DNA of 64,000 nucleotides from a virus: positions 1-64,000 of the IMG/VR virus record IMGVR_UViG_3300028920_000039, one strand, 5' to 3'. The notes below the pieces were generated by a model that made no database searches, was not told the DNA's origin, and saw only the letters and a list, made by a program, of their open reading frames with translations. Of the stretch, positions 1-7,688 are shown piece by piece (position 1 is the stretch's first letter; every line of letters begins with the position of its first letter). A program made the translations under genes and the position numbers.

Positions 1-2
1 GG

Positions 3-1325
3 AAGCCTTCCCAGCCTGCCAAATTTAAAAAGCCCAGCCCTCCGCCCAAAACAAAGGCTCCAACCGCTTCTGATGGGGGTAATTATCATACTTCTAACGA
101 TCCTTCGTGGAAAGGTGGTACTTGGGATGGTGTTTGGAAAGGTGGTGTTTGGGAGAATGGTGTTTGGAAAGGTGGTGATTGGTGGGGTGGTGAGTGGAAG
201 GGTGGTGTTTGGGAGAATGGTGTTTGGTGGGGTGGTGTTTGGAAAGGAGGTGAGTGGCGGGATGGTACTTGGGAGGCCGGTGTTTGGTGGGGTGGTGTTT
301 GGAAAGGAGGTGGGTGGAAGGGTGGTATTTGGTGGGGTGGTGAGTGGAAAGGTGGTGTTTGGGAGAATGGTTTTTGGTGGGATGGTTCTTGGTGGGATGG
401 TGTTTGGAAAGGTGGTGTTTGGGAGAATGGTGTTTGGAAAGGTGGTGTTTGGAAAGGTGGTGAGTGGAAAGGTGGTGTTTGGGAGAATGGTTTTTGGTGG
501 GATGGTGTTTGGAAAGGTGGTGAGTGGAAAGGAGGTGAGTGGAAGGGTGGTATTTGGTGGGGTGGTGAGTGGAAGGGTGGTAAGTGGAAGGGTGGTGTTT
601 GGAAAGAAGGTGAGTGGAAGGGTGGTGTTTGGTGGGGTGGTGAGTGGAAAGGAGGTGAGTGGAAGGGTGGTATTTGGAAGGGTGGTGTTTGGAAAGGAGG
701 TGAGTGGAAGAATGGTATTTGGTGGGATGGTGTTTGGAGAGGTGGTGTTTGGGAGCAGGGCAAAATCTGGGATCCTTATGAAGGCGATAGAGGCGCGTAT
801 GTGCAGTCTTCAGTTTCTCCACCTGAGTACTTCGCCAACAAAGGTCGAGGAATGAAAAAAGAACCCCCGGAGGAACCGGAAGTGAAAGATTCCATCGAAC
901 AAGCTATCAACATGATCCTTGATGAGGATGACGAAGCCACTCCTCTCCCCGTCCCGTCCTGGATACATCGTGGTTTGACCAAAGTCATGGTTCCTAAAGG
1001 CTTTGACTACCCTTCCTCAAGGGTGCCCCAGGGCACCGGCCATGAAGTAAGCGACAACAAAATCAGCTACACCGTAGATTTCAATTCTGACATTGAAGCA
1101 ATGAGCCAGCCAGGAGAAGGTCGAGATGAAGAGGTAGAGTTGCAGAATGAGATCGATGCAGAACTGAAGAAGGAGTTTGCAGTTCAGGGTCATGATGTTG
1201 TAAGGGTGAACACATACGTCTTCACAGGTCGCAACGGGAAGGTTGTGGCAAACGTGATAGTGGTCGTCAACAAGGAGAAGTATGATAGATCCAATCGAAC
1301 AAGCAATCGATATGGTGTTGGCTGA
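3..1325 (+). CDS. 5'-truncated W-x-x-G-x pentapeptide-repeat protein with a C-terminal tag motif and small domain (true frame; the track shows only its 801..1325 tail)
   Basis: Frame starting at nt 3 is open to the stop at 1325: KPSQPAKFKKPSPPP...WKGGTWDGVWKGGVWENGVWKGG...WEQGKIWDPYEGDRGAYVQSSVSPPEY... joins the 801 ORF in frame. TGG (Trp) and GGT (Gly) are the invariant codons of the repeat. Confidence 0.85.
   Translation, partial: KPSQPAKFKKPSPPPKTKAPTASDGGNYHTSNDPSWKGGTWDGVWKGGVWENGVWKGGDWWGGEWKGGVWENGVWWGGVWKGGEWRDGTWEAGVWWGGVWKGGGWKGGIWWGGEWKGGVWENGFWWDGSWWDGVWKGGVWENGVWKGGVWKGGEWKGGVWENGFWWDGVWKGGEWKGGEWKGGIWWGGEWKGGKWKGGVWKEGEWKGGVWWGGEWKGGEWKGGIWKGGVWKGGEWKNGIWWDGVWRGGVWEQGKIWDPYEGDRGAYVQSSVSPPEYFANKGRGMKKEPPEEPEVKDSIEQAINMILDEDDEATPLPVPSWIHRGLTKVMVPKGFDYPSSRVPQGTGHEVSDNKISYTVDFNSDIEAMSQPGEGRDEEVELQNEIDAELKKEFAVQGHDVVRVNTYVFTGRNGKVVANVIVVVNKEKYDRSNRTSNRYGVG
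108..752 (+). repeat. Imperfect 15-bp tandem repeat, about 43 units, encoding W-x-x-G-x
   Basis: Units such as TGGAAAGGTGGTGTT, TGGGAGAATGGTGTT and TGGTGGGGTGGTGAG with strict 15-nt periodicity. Confidence 0.95.
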
Positions 1326-1749
1326 GGAAGAAGCCTCAGACCTCGAGACTCGAATCATGCGTCACATTGACGCCGAGTATGAAGCTCTCGAAGGCTATTC
1401 TAAAGAGGACTTCTACTCCTACCTGAAGGATGTGTTTCCTGAAGTTGACCGAATCATGTCAGATGAAATCTACGACCAGGTAGGTCTGACACCTCGCAGG
1501 AAAAAGCAGAAAGCCAAGTCTGACAAGTTCTGGATCGCGGCATCTTTCACAATCGACGGTCTTGATGACGAATGGGTTGTCAGGCAGTACGATAATGGCG
1601 AATTCAAAGTAATCGATCAGGAACGGCAGATTGTTGCTGATGCTGGGAAGTCCTCCGCTAGTGATGCCATCACTAAGTTCTTCAATGAACTCGTCAAGAG
1701 AGGCGAAGTTGACCCCGACGCCGATGTCCACATGAAACCGTGGGGGTGA
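1282..1749 (+). CDS. Hypothetical acidic protein with N-terminal DPIEQAIDMV tag (putative head cargo)
   Basis: AAGGAG RBS upstream; MIDPIEQAIDMVLAEEE N-terminus. Confidence 0.8.
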   Translation: MIDPIEQAIDMVLAEEEASDLETRIMRHIDAEYEALEGYSKEDFYSYLKDVFPEVDRIMSDEIYDQVGLTPRRKKQKAKSDKFWIAASFTIDGLDDEWVVRQYDNGEFKVIDQERQIVADAGKSSASDAITKFFNELVKRGEVDPDADVHMKPWG

Positions 1750-1791
1750 AAGTGGCCGCTCTCAAGAAATACCCGCATATAGGCTACACCA

Positions 1792-3093
1792 TTGGAGGAC
1801 TATACTGTTACTCGAGTAAATGGTGATCTCGGCCTATCTCACCAAGAATCAGGTATGTTTCTCACAGTGGACGAAGACTCTCCTTGGGACACCTTCTTTT
1901 TAGACGATATCGAGGAGTGGGGTGGTAAGGTCACAGCCGTTAAGAAGCTATCTCCTGCTCTCAAGAAACGACTGGAAGATCTCTACAGTGAGGTGGTACA
2001 GGCGCTTCATTATGAAGAGTCAGCCGAAGACTTCTCCACAACCACTATGAAGCATCGAGGTGGCGGAGATCTTCACAGACTTCACTATCAGGACAAAGGA
2101 TATCTTGATTATCAGGAAGAGGATGGGCTGTACTTTCTGATCAAGGTGACGGTCCTGCCTGAGCATAGACGCCAAGGTATTGCTACAAAGCTTCTCCGAA
2201 AATTTCTTGACATGGTCAGAGAGAATGAAGGAGCTGTTGATATTTCAGGCTACACTGAGATGGGTGAGAAGTATCTTAAGCATGTGGTGACTCGATTGAA
2301 AGACGAATATTCTGATCTGGTGTGGATGGATGAAGGTGTTGACAAGGCCATTGAGTTCTTGCTTGATGAAGCAGTTCCTGAAGACGAACCACTTGTTTTT
2401 CCCGATCATCCTGATGCCAAGTATTGGAACCTAACAACTACAGACATGCCGTTCTACGACGATCTGATGCGGTTACCAACTTACTTCAAAGACCACAAAG
2501 GCTTTGAAGCTAAGATGGAGTGGTTATCCCCTGTTAGCTATTTGAAAAGATGTAAAGAAATGTTCGATTGTACGTGGGCAAATTTGGAACAAGGTGTTTC
2601 CGAAAAACGTGTTGATGAATATGCCAAAATGATGCAGAAGGGTACGAAGTTTCCAGTTTTAACGTTAGAGCCATCCAGAGGATACCAAGAAGGCCGCCAT
2701 CGTGCCCTTGCAGCGTTGAAAGCAGGCATTCGAAGAGTGCCGGTTTTGACTGTCATGGAACCTGGCAGGAAAGAATCGGTTGAAGAAGAGGGTGAGTTCC
2801 CGGCAGGTGACTGCTATCGAAACGTCTACCTGAAAGCCAAGCAACTAGACGATGAGCACCCCGGTTTGAAGATCGCACACGGCAAGATCTACACCATCAA
2901 GGGCGACAAAATGATTGACCACGCTTGGATTGAGCTGGACGACAAAGTGGTTGATCCGACAGCGGGTGTGGAGATGGACAAGGAGAAGTGGTATGGACTG
3001 GTTAACGCCGAGCTACATAGCCACTATTCTTATGAGGAAGTCATGGTGAATACCCTCAGAAACCGGCATTGGGGGCCATGGGAAGAAAAATAA
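1792..3093 (+). CDS. Multidomain protein: GNAT acetyltransferase + ParB/Srx-like domain + transglutaminase/papain-like Cys-His-Asp domain
   Basis: VLPEHRRQGIATKLL (acetyl-CoA motif A); YQEGRHRALAA (ParB-like GxHR); GDCY...HAWIEL...VVDPT; start uncertain (TTG). Confidence 0.7.
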   Translation: MEDYTVTRVNGDLGLSHQESGMFLTVDEDSPWDTFFLDDIEEWGGKVTAVKKLSPALKKRLEDLYSEVVQALHYEESAEDFSTTTMKHRGGGDLHRLHYQDKGYLDYQEEDGLYFLIKVTVLPEHRRQGIATKLLRKFLDMVRENEGAVDISGYTEMGEKYLKHVVTRLKDEYSDLVWMDEGVDKAIEFLLDEAVPEDEPLVFPDHPDAKYWNLTTTDMPFYDDLMRLPTYFKDHKGFEAKMEWLSPVSYLKRCKEMFDCTWANLEQGVSEKRVDEYAKMMQKGTKFPVLTLEPSRGYQEGRHRALAALKAGIRRVPVLTVMEPGRKESVEEEGEFPAGDCYRNVYLKAKQLDDEHPGLKIAHGKIYTIKGDKMIDHAWIELDDKVVDPTAGVEMDKEKWYGLVNAELHSHYSYEEVMVNTLRNRHWGPWEEK

Positions 3094-3112
3094 AAGAAAG
3101 TCAATTTTTTGG

Positions 3113-3141
3113 TTGACTTTGAAACAACAATCATCTACAAT
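3113..3141 (+). promoter_or_regulatory. Sigma70-type promoter
   Basis: TTGACT-N17-TACAAT with an AT-rich upstream element. Confidence 0.8.
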
Positions 3142-3178
3142 ACTTGTAACAATTAACAACGGAGATGTTAGTTTGGTG

Positions 3179-3438
3179 AGCAGAGGAGAATACAGAGGGC
3201 GAAATCAGGGGACAGAGGACGCGCCAAGTGTTGAGCTTACTCCGCCGAGCATTCCTGCGTCAGCAGGTCGGACAAGGGGCAATTCCCTTAGCAATATTCG
3301 GGTCGTTAAGTGGACAAAAGGCAACATACCTGGGCAGCGAGCGGATGGTACGGCGGCGGGGCACAGCTCCGCTAGTAGAATCGGAGTTGCCACCTACGGG
3401 CCTCTAAACGAACTGGCTGGCCGAGACACTCCTCTGCT
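3179..3438 (+). ncRNA. Unassigned ~260-nt structured RNA or leader
   Basis: Perfect 10-bp closing helix AGCAGAGGAG/CTCCTCTGCT; internal helices CCTGC/GCAGG, AAGGG/CCCTT, GGCAAC/GTTGCC; lies between a promoter and the next RBS. Confidence 0.55.
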
Positions 3439-3464
3439 TATCCAACAAACCAGGAGGTACAGAG

Positions 3465-4487
3465 ATGCGGAACAAGGACAAGGTTAGGAAGGCGATGGAA
3501 GAGCTCCGTCTGAACACAGAGCCCAACTGTCACAGCTGGACGCAGTCTTCGGAACAGTGCTGGTGCGTCAAGGAGATCGCCAAACAGGCGGGTCTTACAG
3601 TCGACCAGACGAGGGACGCTCTTTATCAGATGAGGGGCTGGTACTGGAAGACCAGTCGTGGTCATTGCGGCCGTGTTGTTAACCATTACGGCCACAATCG
3701 CTGGCTTCACAAGACAGACCGGAACTGGCAGGTCAGCGAATGCTGGGATACAGTTCCCGAGTATCTGAAGGAGCTGAGTGAGGAAGCACATAGCATTCTG
3801 TCGAAAGTTCTACTTCGTTGCCAGGATGAAGGTTACAGGTACGAGATCAAAAAGGTCACCGCTCGCAGTGATGATCCGATTGATCTTGAAATTGAAGGTG
3901 TTCAGCACGCCAGTCCTTACAGTGACGGCGACTACACCCCGACGAACTTCCTTGCTTGGCTTCCGCTCATGGCGATTCACAATCTGATGGACTGGACGGA
4001 GATGGAGTTCGCCCGGGAATTGGACTATCCGTTCATGGCGATGGAGGGCGACTGGAGCGGTGTCAGGGACACTGATCCTGAGAAAATCAAGCGTCTTTTC
4101 AAGATCCACATTCAGGACGGCCATCCGCTGCCGTCAGATCCGGGTGATCCTGAGGATGAGGAAGGTGTCTGGTCAATTGACAGTGACGGCAACAAGTTCT
4201 TCATTCCGTTGCTGTATGGTTGCATCGGTATCTACAAGGCCGGAAAGGTCTGGGAGGTGGGTCTGGAAGGCGAAAATGCCACTCTCGACAACAAGAAGGT
4301 GAATTTCGCTGAGCTGGATCATTTTCTTCAGTATATCGAGGAGAAACATATTCGGGAAATCCCCTCGGTTGAAACACACGGCGGGGTGGGGATTCACGAC
4401 GAAGAATGGAATATGGTGATCGGCGCTGCTTGCTACACAGATCCCGCTGAAGCGCTGGAATATCTCAAGTCAGCCGTGGCTCACTAA
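3465..4487 (+). CDS. Hypothetical protein with possible N-terminal HTH
   Basis: AGGAGG RBS; CVKEIAKQAGLTVDQTRDAL is HTH-like. Confidence 0.75.
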   Translation: MRNKDKVRKAMEELRLNTEPNCHSWTQSSEQCWCVKEIAKQAGLTVDQTRDALYQMRGWYWKTSRGHCGRVVNHYGHNRWLHKTDRNWQVSECWDTVPEYLKELSEEAHSILSKVLLRCQDEGYRYEIKKVTARSDDPIDLEIEGVQHASPYSDGDYTPTNFLAWLPLMAIHNLMDWTEMEFARELDYPFMAMEGDWSGVRDTDPEKIKRLFKIHIQDGHPLPSDPGDPEDEEGVWSIDSDGNKFFIPLLYGCIGIYKAGKVWEVGLEGENATLDNKKVNFAELDHFLQYIEEKHIREIPSVETHGGVGIHDEEWNMVIGAACYTDPAEALEYLKSAVAH

Positions 4488-4545
4488 AACAAACGATTCT
4501 CTTCTAGAAGTTGTAAGTACATACAACAAGGGAGGAGATACAGAG

Positions 4546-5088
4546 ATGCGGATAGAGAATCGCACACATTGGTCCACTCGAAATCTCAAGTCGTTCGTTG
4601 TCAAGGTCTGTGACAGGGAGATGGTCACTCCTGAGTACCGCAAACGTTTACGTGTGACTTTCAACTACGCCAAGCGAATCGGAGCTGATTACTGGGTTGG
4701 TGGATACGCCACCTACAATTCCCACTACATGACTATTCATCTCCCGAAGGACAAGGTTCATAAGAGGGGCCTTGCTCATACAATCGCCCATGAGATGGCT
4801 CACAATCATGGGGTCAGACACAGAAGCATGCATGGACCCTTGTACGGTTACGCTCCGGGATGGGAAGAGCTTTACGCTTGGGCAGACGAACTGCCTCTTG
4901 AGAAGAAAGCACCCGTGGTCCCTGCCAAGCCAACCAAGTTGCAGGCCGCACAAGCCAAGCTCGCCGGCGCTCGGGCGGCTCTCAAGGCCTGGGAGACGAA
5001 GAAGAAACTTGCGATGACCAAGACTCAGAAGTGGAAGGACAAGGTCTACTACTATACACAACGCGTCAAGGAACTCTCAGATGGCTGA
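4546..5088 (+). CDS. SprT/WLM-like zinc metalloprotease with coiled-coil tail
   Basis: AHEMAHNHGVRH (HExxH plus a third His); strong RBS. Confidence 0.7.
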   Translation: MRIENRTHWSTRNLKSFVVKVCDREMVTPEYRKRLRVTFNYAKRIGADYWVGGYATYNSHYMTIHLPKDKVHKRGLAHTIAHEMAHNHGVRHRSMHGPLYGYAPGWEELYAWADELPLEKKAPVVPAKPTKLQAAQAKLAGARAALKAWETKKKLAMTKTQKWKDKVYYYTQRVKELSDG

Positions 5089-5272
5089 ATGTCCACAGTG
5101 TGAGAAGTACAAGGAGCAGCTTCGGAAGCTGACCTACATGTACAAGGACAAGAACAAACAGATTGAGCGGCTGGAGCACTCCAAGCAAGCTGCTATTGAC
5201 AATCTCAAGAGAAAGATCAAGGAGCTAGTCTGTAAGAGGAAACAGGATGACGACAAAACTGACCAAGGCTGA
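5081..5272 (+). CDS. Small coiled-coil hypothetical protein
   Basis: Overlap-coupled ORF; CPQC then heptad pattern. Confidence 0.6.
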   Translation: MAECPQCEKYKEQLRKLTYMYKDKNKQIERLEHSKQAAIDNLKRKIKELVCKRKQDDDKTDQG

Positions 5273-7094
5273 CGATCCCGAAGTCACTCGTCTGGACAAC
5301 GAAGAGGAGATCCGGATCGGTGATTGGTGGTGGGTCAAGTTCGATGACGATTACGATTTTGATGACAGAGACTGGTACCAGCATCTGATTCTAAACGATG
5401 AAGGAGAGTGTCTTCTGTGTGTTGAGCACATCGGTAGCAACTTCGTCGAGGTTCGTTCTGAATCAGACGGTGGCTCCTATGGTTGGAAGGTTCATCTGGA
5501 CGAGTGGTACCAGTCCTGCCGAAAGGAGCCGAACTGGCGAGCCTACGTGGAAGATCGCATTCAGCTGGATCAGGCCAAGATACAAGAGACCATGAAGCAG
5601 ATCTCCAGCAGGGCTGAGAGCTTGCACCTGACGGGCCGTCAAGCTCTGCCACCTTCTGAGGAGGAAGAGCAGTCGTTGCTGCCTTCTACATATGTCACGT
5701 CACCTGACAAGTACAAGGCTGATCTGATAGTGGCTCGAGACGAGCAGTTCCCTCAGCTGGAGGAAGATGTCAAGAAGTACAGTACCGATCTGGCTGTACA
5801 GACCAGAAATTCTTACCTGCCTGACAAGATGCGAATGAAGAAGCTCAAAGAGGTTGTGAAGGGTGTTGAGGATAAGATCTTTACGGTGGAGCTGTACGTC
5901 GGCATGAATGAGGACATCACACAGATCAAGAAAGGCGAACCTGCCCCTGCCGATACACCCATCACCATCCGTCAGCTTGTGTTGTTCATGGATGAAGAGA
6001 CCCTTTTCGAGTACAAGAGTGGTGGTATGGACATCACCGATCTCAAACGATTTGACGAATGGGTTGTCAAGAAGAAGAATCTCAGCCGCATTCTTCCCGA
6101 GGCCAGGGGTGTGGTGGCAATGCAGGTTCGCCGAGAAAGGAAAGACTACGGCGAATCTGAATCAATCGCTGCCGCAATCAGCCACATTCAACTGAATGAA
6201 GCCAACATGAGCACCTACTTGCTCATTCGAAACGGTGACAACGTCTACCGAATCGCTACTGGACTCGATTTCAAGCCACGTCTTGTTCCTTTGAAGACCG
6301 AGTTGAATGAAGAATATCGGAAAGAAGAAAGGTGGTGGGACCACGACCTAAAGGACTACAAGAAAGAAAGTGAGCTGATAACTCCTGACCATCTTGACTA
6401 CGACGAGCATGTTCTGAAGCGGCTCGCTAAGATCAAGCAGTACAATCGTATCATTCTGATCCTGCAAGGCCTTATTGATCGAACCAATATCTTTCAGCCG
6501 ATGCCACGTGCTAACCTGTCGGACCCAAATCAGATCAGTAAGTGGTGCAACTTGGTGAGAGACGAGGAAGCCCTGCCAGCCCCTCCGTTGGACTGGAAGG
6601 AGTATCAGGAGCGTATGAATAGCACCCTCAAGAAGGGCAAGGTTGTGATGGTTGGTGCTACATATAGAAGGAAATGGCACAGTACCGGAAATAGGGGCTC
6701 CGGCTACTGGGGTGAGTGTTTCTGGGATGAGAGTCCTGCTTACGGCTTGTTCACAAGTTACACAATCTATAAGGTGGCTTCTGTCAAGAGAGACCGTTCC
6801 GCTGTGGAGATCACCTTCCCTGAGAGATATTCTGACAATTCCTACGAAGATGATGGCTGGCGAGGGCAGGGAAGGTACCGTGGAGGAGAGCTGTCAGGCA
6901 GGACTTCTCATTTGTGGGTGCCAATGAAGTACATTCTGAACGTTAGTGATTACACCCTTGGGGACTACATGATGTTTCTTTGCAACCATGCCGCCAAGGG
7001 CAAGTACAACAAGTGGGCTCGATATGTCATAACAGCCGAAGAGTTCGCTCGTGGTAACTTGAAGGTGGAAGAGTCAAAAGATGAAACAGACTGA
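5247..7094 (+). CDS. Large hypothetical protein (615 aa)
   Basis: Long ORF with RBS, coupled to neighbours; no family recognised. Confidence 0.8.
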   Translation: MTTKLTKADDPEVTRLDNEEEIRIGDWWWVKFDDDYDFDDRDWYQHLILNDEGECLLCVEHIGSNFVEVRSESDGGSYGWKVHLDEWYQSCRKEPNWRAYVEDRIQLDQAKIQETMKQISSRAESLHLTGRQALPPSEEEEQSLLPSTYVTSPDKYKADLIVARDEQFPQLEEDVKKYSTDLAVQTRNSYLPDKMRMKKLKEVVKGVEDKIFTVELYVGMNEDITQIKKGEPAPADTPITIRQLVLFMDEETLFEYKSGGMDITDLKRFDEWVVKKKNLSRILPEARGVVAMQVRRERKDYGESESIAAAISHIQLNEANMSTYLLIRNGDNVYRIATGLDFKPRLVPLKTELNEEYRKEERWWDHDLKDYKKESELITPDHLDYDEHVLKRLAKIKQYNRIILILQGLIDRTNIFQPMPRANLSDPNQISKWCNLVRDEEALPAPPLDWKEYQERMNSTLKKGKVVMVGATYRRKWHSTGNRGSGYWGECFWDESPAYGLFTSYTIYKVASVKRDRSAVEITFPERYSDNSYEDDGWRGQGRYRGGELSGRTSHLWVPMKYILNVSDYTLGDYMMFLCNHAAKGKYNKWARYVITAEEFARGNLKVEESKDETD

Positions 7095-7407
7095 GATGTT
7101 TTGCGGTGAGATTGGCGAAGGAATGCTTTTTCATTTCTACCCTTCAGCCGCGGTTGTAAAGATGTGCGGCGTATCTGCCGATAAGGTTCACAAAGTTACG
7201 GTTACTGAGGTATCAGAAGTAGTGGAACAAACCAAAGCTACGGGAACAGAAGCATACTTTGCTTGGTGGGATAACGAAGACCAACGTTTTGTGCATGTTT
7301 ACCCTTCTTTCCTACAAGTAGATGTGTGTTTTCCTTATGGTGTCAAAGGTGCACAACAGGCGGGAAAGGGAATGGCTTACCAAGTTGAGGTGAGAATCAT
7401 AGAATGA
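7081..7407 (+). CDS. Hypothetical protein
   Basis: Coupled ORF in operon. Confidence 0.65.
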   Translation: MKQTEMFCGEIGEGMLFHFYPSAAVVKMCGVSADKVHKVTVTEVSEVVEQTKATGTEAYFAWWDNEDQRFVHVYPSFLQVDVCFPYGVKGAQQAGKGMAYQVEVRIIE

Positions 7408-7619
7408 AGGTGTGGAGACTGCAAAACCCTCGAGTCTTTGTTAAGAGCGCTTGCATTACTTTCGTTGCAAGTTACCCCGAAGGTTCTCAGTGGGTGCTAT
7501 CTGTCATTACAAAGTATGACTGGATGGGGGTGATTGATTCTTGTTCTTCTTTGACAGCAGCCAAACGCCTCTTCTCGACCCACTTCCTTTCACCCAAAGA
7601 TCATGGTCCAAACATCTAG
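7404..7619 (+). CDS. Hypothetical protein
   Basis: ATGA overlap with the previous stop. Confidence 0.55.
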   Translation: MKVWRLQNPRVFVKSACITFVASYPEGSQWVLSVITKYDWMGVIDSCSSLTAAKRLFSTHFLSPKDHGPNI

Positions 7620-7688
7620 AAGGAAGAAAACATTGAACTCTAATCAAGACTCGTTTGGAAGTCTTGTAAGTATATTTAGGAGGAGGAG

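Noticed and set aside
108-752. Repeat array as CRISPR, telomere or G-quadruplex origin
   Set aside because: No repeat-spacer alternation; variation is explained by coding constraint
73-855. Track ORFs 73..855 (+, VFGKV repeats), 86..763 and 94..822 (-) as genes
   Set aside because: Shadow frames of the 15-bp repeat; the frame from nt 3 has invariant Trp/Gly and joins the tagged 801..1325 domain
3179-3438. Identity as RNase P RNA, group I intron or cobalamin/lysine riboswitch
   Set aside because: Diagnostic cores (GAGGAAAGUCC/P4, P7 R-S pairing, B12 box) could not be found; only vague resemblances
3113-3487. 124-aa ORF starting at TTG 3113
   Set aside because: Starts inside the -35 box, has no RBS and overlies a structured RNA
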